64,000 nucleotides of DNA from Trichoplax sp. H2 (taxonomy: Eukaryota): positions 124,001-188,000 of the forward strand of contig NOWV01000112.1 of the NCBI GenBank assembly GCA_003344405.1, written 5' to 3'. The notes beneath the pieces are model-generated. The model was not told where the DNA came from. It worked only from the letters and a program-made list of their open reading frames with translations, and searched no databases. Shown here piece by piece: positions 54,381-64,000 of this stretch; position 1 is the stretch's first letter; each line of letters begins with the position of its first letter. The position numbers were made by a program, and so were the translations under genes.

Positions 54381-57222
54381 GGCACGATCCGGTAGGATAG
54401 TGTTCAATCAACCAGTGGAGCGATAGTTCATTTCTATGGATGGAAAGGGTTGCTTGGCGTTTCATATGCGGTGCGGAGGAGGTCATCGTACCGATGGCAA
54501 ATGTCAACGCCATCCAAAAACAAGCCAAGATTGACAGAAGTCAGTGACGGACGGATGCAAGATGATGACTGTACACTACAGTGTATCATGGACGACCCAC
54601 ACACAGTACGTACTGTAGGGTACAGTGGAGTACTGTACAGTGCAATACAAGACTCACCATGGCTGAATATCTTCAGCACCTTCTTCATTACTGTTTACCT
54701 TGAAGTGAAGGAGATTGACAGAAGTCAGTGACGGACGGATGCAAGGTGATGACTGTACAGTGTACAGTGTACAGTCACTACAGTGTACTGTACACCTTGA
54801 AGTGAAGGAGATTGACAGAAGTCAGTGACGGACGGATGCGAAATGATGACTGTACTGTACAGTGTATCATCGACGACCCACACACAGTACGTACTGTATG
54901 GTTCAGTGCTGTACATTGCAATACAAGACTCACTATGACTGAATATCTTCAGCACCCTCTTCCGTGATTTTACGGCGCACCTTGAAGTGAAGGAGATTGA
55001 CAGAAGTCAGTGACGGACGGATGCAAGATGATGACTGTACAGTGTACAGTGTACAGTCACTACAGTGTACTGTACACCTTGAAGTGAAGGAGATTGACAG
55101 AAGTCAGTGACGGACGGATGCGAAATGATGACTGTACAGTGTATCATCGACGACCCACACACAGTACGTACTGTATGGTTCAGCGCAGTACAGTGTAATA
55201 CAAGACTCACCATGACTGAATATCTTCAGCACCCTCTTCCGTGATTTTACAGCGCACCTTGAAGTGAAGGAGATTGACAGAAGTCAATGACGGACGGACG
55301 CGAAATGATGACTGTACAGTGTATCATGGACGACCCACACACAGTATATACTGTATGGTACACTGCAGTACAGTTCGGTATAAGCCTCTCCATGACTGAA
55401 TATCTTCAGCACCCTCTTCATGTTCACCTTGAAGTGAACGAGATTTACTTTCAATACTTTAAATTTAGCCAAAATTTCACGTCAGCACATTCTGAAACCC
55501 TTCAACAATTTACAATCGATGATTTTGCTAAATTAGATTGTAGTATTAACAAATTGGATCACCTTNNNNNNNNNNNNNNNNNNNNGGCACGATCCGGTAG
55601 GATAGTGTTCAATCAACCAGTGGAGCGATAGTTCATTTCTATGGATGGAAAGGGTTGCTTGGCGTTTCCTAGGCGGTGCGGAGGAGGTCACCGTACCGAT
55701 GGCAAATGTCAACGCCATCCAAAAACAAGCAAAGATTGACAGAAGTCAGTGACGGACGGATGCAAGCTGATGACTGTACAGTGTATCATGGACGACCCAC
55801 ACACAGTACGTACTGTAGGGTACAGTGGAGTACAGTGCAATACAAGACTCACCATGGCTGAATATCTTCAGCACCTTCTTCATTACTGTTTACCTTGAAG
55901 TGAACGAGATTGACAGAAGTCAGTGACGGACGGATGCGAAATGATGACTGTACAGTGTACACCTTGAAGTGAACGAGATTGACAGAAGTCAGTGACGGAC
56001 GGATGCGAAATGATGACTGTACAGTGTACACCTTGAAATGAACGAGATTGACAGAAGTCAGTGACGGACGGATGCGAAATGATGACTGTACAGTGTATCA
56101 TGGACGACCCACACACAGTACGTACTGTAGGGTACAGTGGAGTACAGTGCAATACAAGACTCACCATGGCTGAATATCTTCAGCACCTTCTTCATTCCTG
56201 TTTACCTTGAAGTGAACGAGATTGACAGAAGTCAGTGACGGACGGATACGACATGATGACTGTACAGTGTATCATGGATGATCCACACAGTGTACGTACT
56301 GTAGGGTACAGTGCAGTACAGTGCAATACAAGACTCACCATGGCTGAATATCTTCAGTACCCTCTTCATTACTGTACACCTTTGAAGTGAAGGAGATTGA
56401 CAGAAGTCAACGACGGACGGACGCGAAAGGATGACTGTACAGTGTATCATGGATGACCCACACACAGTACACACTGTATGGTACGGTGCAGTACAGTACA
56501 ATACAAGACTCACCGTGGCTGAATATCTTCAGTACCCTCTTCATTACTGTACACCTTTGAAGTGAAGGAGATTGACAGAAGTCAACGACGGACGGACGCG
56601 AAAGGATGACTGTACAGTGTATCATGGACGACCCACACACAGTACACACTGTATGGTACGGTGCAGTACAGTGCAATACAAGACTCACCATGGCTAAATA
56701 TCTTCAGCACCCTCTTCATTAGTGTACAGTGTTTACCTTGAAGTGAACGAGATTGACAGAAGTCAATGACGGACGGATGCGAGAGGATAATTGTACAGTG
56801 TATCATGGATGACCTACGCACAGTACATACTGTATGGTACAGTGCAATGTAATGCAATACAATACTCACCAAGGCTGAATATCTTCAGTACCCTCTTCAT
56901 TACTGTACAGTGTACACTGTACACCTTGAAGTGAAGGAGATTGACAGATTTCAGCGACGGACGGACGCGACATGATGACTGTACAGTGTATCATGGACGA
57001 CCCACACACAGTACATACTGTATGGTACAGTGCAGTACAAGCCTCTCCATGACTGAATATCTTCAGCATCCTCTTCATGTTCACCTTGAAGTGAACGAGA
57101 TTTACTTTCAATACTTTAAATTTAGCCAAAATTTCACGTCAGCACATTCTGAAACCCTTCAACAATTTACAATCGATGATTTTGCTAAATTAGATTGTAG
57201 TATTAACAAATTGGATCACCTT
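54381..57222. repeat. Complex minisatellite array: ~11 long (~160-190 bp) units and ~4 short (~70-100 bp) units in two higher-order blocks separated by an N gap
   Basis: Recurrent core CTTGAAGTGAA(C/G)GAGATTGACAGAAGTCAGTGACGGACGGATGCGAAATGATGACTGTACAGTG, followed in long units by GACGACCCACACACAGTAC...GACTCACCATGGCTGAATATCTTCAGCACC. Blocks 54381-55565 and 55586-57222 share the same unique head and tail sequences. Confidence 0.95.
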
Positions 57223-60200
57223 TGAAAATTTGTCAATACCAACCATCAGTCAGTGCTTCATTTACTGTATGGTCGGTTCAAATAGCTTACGGTGTCTGCT
57301 TACAAATCATGCAGTCATCGAGATCTTCTCCATGGTTTCTACTACACACTAGCTAAAATATCGTATCTACGTATTAATTCCGTTAACACTAAATGCATGC
57401 ATGGAAAATATCAATATTAAATCACGTATTCACTCGTTCAATACGCCTACAAGATGCTTCCTCTCCACCATTTCTACTCTGGTATATCGTCGACCTCTCG
57501 ATACTAGGTAAAATATCCAATCGACGCATAGTATTACGGTAACTCCGTGAACAAACAAATGCATGGATGGAAAACATCAACATTCAATGACTTATTCAGT
57601 AGTTAAATACGCGAACAAGATGTTGTATTTCTGTCGACAATTGCTCGTTCAATACGTCAATCTTTCGTAGTATAGTGCACTTCCATTTGTAGCTTGAGTC
57701 AAGACTAGACATCGTTATACTGTAGTAGGTACAGTAGAAACAGTAAGAAGGAACGACTGGATTGATTATGGATGTATATGATATAGAAAATGGATGCAGA
57801 AGAGAGGATAGAAATCCTACCAACATGGATCTTACTACCTTCATAATATCTCCAATATTAGCAAAAGTGCACAGTCGGCAGCAACCAAACATGATTGACC
57901 CGGAAGTGATCATAACCCTTTATCCAATAAAATATACCTGGTCATAATACTATTTGTAGTATCCATCAATATAGAATTAAGGTACTCAATTTAAAGGACG
58001 AATGATTCTTTCGTACAATGGGTCGTGTAGCTAGTTAAGGTTGATTAATTAATGACTACTTATAACAGCAGATTAGGACTATGGAATGATGGAAAATTGA
58101 ATGAAGCCGGCATATTGAGATACATCCGGGTACACTGGTTAAATAAATAAATAATAACAGAATCGCAACTGTTCCAGATGAAATTTGATATTACTACAAA
58201 TCCATATACACCTCCCCACATACCGGCAATAGTACATATCGATATGTTTATCAATATTTCCAGGTCACCTTTGAATTAAAAAATCGATCTACACCTTTCT
58301 TAAACATTGTGATCAACAAAGTTAGCCGTGAATACATGAGCATTGAGTGTTTTTGGCTCTTGATTCTACCAGCAGTTCAGCACGAAAATGGATAGGCTTG
58401 ATTTGTTTAAAATCGAAAAAAAGTAGTTCCTCTGAACAGAATTTAAATTCTTTTTTACATAATTATTACTATCTATATGAAAAAAATATTGTCGTCTTTC
58501 TGATCGAGGTACTCTCAATAAGATTAATTTTAATTCCAAGAAATGATTGAGGCCTAGGACTGAAGTCATTTTAGCGAAGAACGATATCGTTTTCAGCGAT
58601 TATTAGATAAGTAACAATCTCTAAAAACGGGTTTTTAACAAAAAAAATGTTTATCAAGCGAACGTAACTATAATATTAAATTGTAAATATCATCATTCTT
58701 GTAGAAAACAACTTGAGAAGATATTTCAAGTACGGTGTGCCTCAGGAATAATCCAATGTGAAATGGAAAACAGTATAATATCAATGACTATTAACAATAA
58801 AGCACTCTATCTAAGCTTATATATTATATTGAATTATTTAGGTATGAACAATGCCGTAATATAGTCTTTGCTTTAAAAATACTAAAATTCTTGTTACTAT
58901 TGTTGTAAAAATATTATTACTGTAATAACAGTTTTCGTAAAATATCATCGATGCATCGACATTTGCTAAAGTCACTTAAGTGTATAAGTTATTAGGTCAT
59001 GCTAATGACTTAGTCTCGTGTTACTAGGATAATACAGAGCAGGATAATTGCCGTTAGGCTCATTTTGTTAGTATTTAAGCCATATAACTGACAGTAACAA
59101 GTTCGATTTGATAAAGTACACCTATTTCAGATTCAAGATTGTAAATATTAATCATAATACGTACAGTACATGATTAAGCCGGTGCCCATGAAATATCTTT
59201 TTCAAGTGCCAGGAACTGTTACTTTTGCGATCTTGTTGTAAGTAGCATATTCTTGCATAAAATGTATTATTGGGTTTCTTTAAGGTAAGCTTTCAAACGC
59301 TAGTGGTCAAAGTAGATATGGCTTAATCAGTCTCCTTTCAAGAAATCGTCAAGAAAAGTTAGAATAGAATTCTGTTAATCTTCATGATAATAGTGATACA
59401 ACATTACATAAAGAATTTAGAATTTTAAATTATCTCATCTACTTCCGTGTTAGTATCAATACTAAATGCAATCCGGAATTTGCGATGTCCTATTTTTAAG
59501 CTATCATAAAGTTATACTTAATATTCTATTCTTAACATGTTTACATCAGTTCTCTATCAATCTCTAAATGCTTGAATAAATTATTTTGTTATCATAATGT
59601 TCCAAATGTCTCTTCTTGCAATTGCATGCAAAGAAGTGTTGTAATCGATAGAATAGCTTTTCTCGTTCAATTAATCGGTGTCAGTGATGAATTAAAAATA
59701 TATCTTGAATACCACAAATGATGTCAAGTTGTAAACATACATGTGAATAATTCATAGCATTAATAACCAATTAGCTTTTGAAAGTGAAGTTAGCTAAAAA
59801 AGATAATGCCAATTAATAGTAACATACTCTTAACACTTTCTTATTTTCTTAAAAATTCATGCAGGTGCTGACGGGAATAACAATAATATTATTATTAGTC
59901 AAATAAGGTAGTATAATTTGATGAAAATGAAAACAGAACATTTTCTCTGATCTGTTGTATTTCATGGCATATTTTTATTTTATTGTATTGTGATTACGAT
60001 CAAAGCTGACCAAAGCAGTCCTTATATCGGTTAGATACAAGAATCGAATAGAATGGTTAAATTTTGTAAAAGATAGGAATGAAATTTGATTAGAATACAA
60101 AAAATGATCATTTTCGTGGCTAAAATCTCATATATTGACTGTTATTAAATATTATGCTGTTGAGTAAAGACTGCGATTGTCTCCGCTCTTGAATTTTACC

Positions 60201-61366
60201 TCTGAGAGAACTACAATGATAATAAAGCTATTCCTTTAATAAAATATACCGGATGGCAATATTTACTGCAATTAAAATTTAAAATTATAGAGAAAACTTT
60301 ATCTGTACGAATTTTGGTAAAGTATGATTGGATCTAGATCAAATACAGTATTGTAATACTTAGTTCTTAATCATCGTTTACTATTTCGCTTTATTTAAAA
60401 AGTCAGATACCGGCAACAAATACTATTAAAAGTGAAATGATTGATAGCCGAGCAAACTATGTATCAATAACGTATTTGCCATGATATTCTATTAATTGTA
60501 ACTGTGAGGTTTATTTGTAGCCATCATTAGTAAATTTATTGAATATAGGTTATTAGATCGTGCAATTTATCTTTATGTACGAATTTATCTTCATGTACGT
60601 CGTTAGCTTGCAGCCATCATCGAAGTTTCCAAACCACTGTATTAATTAGTAATTGTTTTCAATCTATAAGTTAGTAAGCATTGTTGAAATGATAATTGAC
60701 CAAACTAAGGAATTGTTATACTTTAATCTGTCTTATTAGCAAGAGCAGCGTAAGCCTTTTCATCATTTTACTCAATTTTTGCCTGTTTAATATTTATAAC
60801 GCCAATAAAATGTAAATTTTGCTTCTAATGGTCAGTAACGATCTATGTAAACTTTAGATCTTGTCATAAATTCATCCTATTCATCCGTGGGAATTTTATA
60901 TTTCAAAAGCTGGGTTGGTATTCCTTGGTTATAGTAAAATAATACATACTATATAAAAAAGAAATTCTATGCTTTCAAAAGTAACATAAATAAATAAAAT
61001 TTTCCTAAAAATTATAAGGAAGTCCATTGCAGCCGTTTTCCATTCTAAAGCTTTTTGTATGAAGTAATTTGTAATGATGATTAGTTCTACATCGATAGAT
61101 TAAAAAACTTCTTACTTAATACTAAATTTATTTTCTTACTTGAATATTTAATATAATTTCTAACTTTGATATGTCAACAATATTTATGCCAAAATTATGT
61201 ATAAATAGCATGCAAACCGTCTATTCTGCTTAACTAGCCTTGGCGTATAGCTTTGATATTGTAGCAATAGTCTTCGGTTAATTTGGATTCTTCAATTGGA
61301 AGTGAAATCTGGCCTACACTATTTAATTAAATATAAGATCCGATTTCAACTCAAATTAGATAGAAT

Positions 61367-62353
61367 ATGGATGCAACCATTAATGCATCTAATGTTACTT
61401 TTCGTGTGTCCTTAATAAAAAGTCGTCGATACCTTATGATATTCACTATTACAGAAAGTGTCGCTGGCTTGAGTATAAATGCTATTATGGTCAAAGTGTT
61501 CATAACAGACAAACAATTTCGAAAGACTACCTATCGTTTATTATGTATGGTAATGATTTCTGACATTATTGCCTCATTAAATTCGATCACTGGTTATATT
61601 ATTGCAGCCTATAATACACTAGATTATCACGATGGTGCGACATGGTGTGCTATATTTCTTACGGTTGGAGCTGCTTCATATGCAGTTTCTATGATGAATC
61701 TAGCTTTGATTGCAATCGATCGCTACTTTGTTATTGTTCGACCATTTTCGCCTTTTTATCGATATTACAAGAGGAATTTTCTAATTATTTCTGAGATATT
61801 AATCTGGTTATCATCCATAGGAGTGACTATGCCAATGACAGTTTATGTTTCTAGCTATCAGGATACGCCTTTGTTTTGCGATTTACCAAATATAAATTTT
61901 GAGAAATCAGTGTACCTTTTAATTCTAACACTGACTATTTATGTCACTCCTGCATTGCTCATAGTCATAGCTTATTTTAGAATTATCAATTTTCAGAGGA
62001 ATTATGTTCGGCCCGGTCATAGGACATCCCAACAGCTTCGAAAAGATTATGCAACTAAAAGGAGATTTATCTGGATGTTAATATGGATAACTGTATGCTC
62101 TGCTTTTATAACTTGGCCTTCGTTTGGAACTGTTACCGCAATAGCAGTTACTCAAAAATCGATTTCTCAACTTACTTCCGGGAACGCAGTAATTTATTTC
62201 TTAATTTTTACTGGCTATATTATTACATTATCATTGAATATTCTAAACCCACTCATAATTTTAACATTCGATCAACATCTAAGACGGGCGGTGTGGCTCA
62301 AATTTGGAAGCAACTTATACCAAAAAGTTATAATGTTTACATCTAAATCCTGA
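61367..62353 (+). CDS. Intronless rhodopsin-like (class A) orphan GPCR, 328 aa
   Basis: Seven hydrophobic segments. TM1 Asn (SINAI), TM2 Asp (ISD), TM3 Cys and IAIDRY, TM4 Trp, ECL2 Cys, TM5 P..Y, TM6 TWP, TM7 NP. N-terminal N-glycosylation sequons NAS and NVT. Confidence 0.92.
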   Translation: MDATINASNVTFRVSLIKSRRYLMIFTITESVAGLSINAIMVKVFITDKQFRKTTYRLLCMVMISDIIASLNSITGYIIAAYNTLDYHDGATWCAIFLTVGAASYAVSMMNLALIAIDRYFVIVRPFSPFYRYYKRNFLIISEILIWLSSIGVTMPMTVYVSSYQDTPLFCDLPNINFEKSVYLLILTLTIYVTPALLIVIAYFRIINFQRNYVRPGHRTSQQLRKDYATKRRFIWMLIWITVCSAFITWPSFGTVTAIAVTQKSISQLTSGNAVIYFLIFTGYIITLSLNILNPLIILTFDQHLRRAVWLKFGSNLYQKVIMFTSKS

Positions 62354-64000
62354 AATGGACTCAAGATCTAATCAATCCCGCTAATCATATGCAATTGACT
62401 TAAGTTTTTCATTATATCTATCCAGATAATTTACCGGTATCATCAGGTGGTAATAGAGGTACTGTATATAGTTTAATAAGACCCGGGAAAAGTCCAATTA
62501 GTATCATTAACTATAATATTGCAAATATATCTTATTGTACCGTGTACGAAATATTATTATTGACTCTATATAGCTTAATAGTAGTTGCTATTGTTTCTCT
62601 TAATACGAATTTCTAGCCTCTTGATTCGGTTTATAATAATGGGGATGGAATAATATCCACTGTATTTTATGACTAAATTTTTTATATTATAGCATAGAAA
62701 CTACTTAATACATCTAAGTATCCATTAAAATGCTAGTTCCTGTACCACTTTTATAGGTAGTATCCTATTTTTCCATTTACAGATATTTGAATTAACATGT
62801 GCATTGCATAACTTTACCGGCCAGGTGATGTACCTATTATCTAAATCGAATAGCTGATTGTCTAGTATTATTTTGACGCTGTAGTGAGTGGAAATTTTAA
62901 ATAATATAAATGCTAGTAGATATTCTATGATTATGTTGTATTCAATTTAAGTAGGACGTTATCATTATTGTATCGCTATCAACATTTGACCCTATCTTTA
63001 AAATTAACTCCAGGAAGTACAAATAAAAAGTATACGCCTTATATTGAATATAACTTCATAGTTTTCTTTCATTACGGAATTAAAAATTGATATGAATTCC
63101 AAAGTCTTGATATTTCTTACTTGAATCAAGGATACCTCTGTTTTGGATATTATGAATAGATTTTTGATTTAGAAATGTATCATTTCATTATGTATTATTA
63201 CTTTTATGGAACTGAAGCCTAACTCTGATACTATATATTTTATACTGATTGAAAATCTGGAATACCTTTATACTTTCGTACAGCATTTAAAGCATTAACA
63301 TTTAAATGTTGTAATTATAATATTCTATGATCTATTAGCTCACAATATAAAATTAAAAATCAAACATTATACTGACTGCCTTCAATTTATTTGATTTTTA
63401 TTTTACGGTTTATCTAAATTATGTTACGAAGAATTAATTTTGTACAACACATGCACAATTTTAAAATGAATAGACACATTAAGAATGGAAAATGCTCAGA
63501 TGACCCTTGATAATTACTCATTCAATTCTCAAATAAAGCGTAGTATTTATATTCATTTAATGACGAGTTTTAAGATAATTTTTTTTTTTAATTTACGTCT
63601 AGCATTTTAATTAATTATTTTGTCTTGAATTTACCGTATTTTCAATTTATCACCATAAAATAGACTCGGTGAGATTATTCAGCTATTCCCTGATTACATG
63701 CATGAGTTGTTGTGTTGTGAAAGTAGAAGTGTAATATATTGTAAAATGACTAATACTTTGGTAGTATGACATATGAATAAACCTGAGTAATTCAAATTAC
63801 GGAAAATAAAATAATTATCATGAATGATACAAAATTAAGTAAAAATGATGATTTTTGATTAGTTATTTATTGACAATGAAGTCGGCATCGTAATAAATTC
63901 AGTAATTCTGGGCTGTTAAGCTTCTATTCTAAGTCTTGTCAACATTAGGAGATTATGCAAATTTCAGTGCTCTTACGGATTTAAGTTTAATTTCAAATGA

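Noticed and set aside
54381-57222. CRISPR-like array, or coding ORFs within the repeat
   Set aside because: The sequences between cores are themselves repeated (no unique spacers), there are no cas genes and the context is eukaryotic. The many short ORFs on both strands are by-products of the repeat.
57596-58569. Short ORFs or possible pseudogene fragments between the repeat and the GPCR
   Set aside because: No recognisable motif or consistent splice structure.

Overview
AT-rich, intron-containing eukaryotic (animal) genomic scaffold with three 20-N assembly gaps. The style (short GT-AG introns, low GC, intronless orphan class-A GPCR) would fit a basal metazoan such as a placozoan, but the sequence does not prove this. 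Most ORFs in the track are spurious or are single exons, so I rebuilt the genes by hand from splice sites and paralog alignment. The first 42.5 kb hold two tandem paralogs (A, 5'-truncated, <203..19903; B, 24003..42470) of a roughly 20-exon gene with an unusual predicted architecture: CARD-like death fold / ZU5-ZU5-UPA-like module / SH2 / conserved Tyr motifs (YVYM) / Arg-less second SH2 / degenerate RIN-type VPS9 / RA-like domain. Next come a 167-aa stand-alone tandem-C1 protein (PKC epsilon/eta-like C1A-C1B with no kinase), a well-conserved CHP1-like EF-hand gene on the minus strand, a ~2.8-kb complex minisatellite just upstream of it, and an intronless rhodopsin-type GPCR. Introns carry solo-LTR-like elements, a hairpin MITE lies in an intergenic stretch, and a short dispersed repeat occurs in both settings. 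Domain assignments come from motif recognition by eye and need HMM or structure confirmation.
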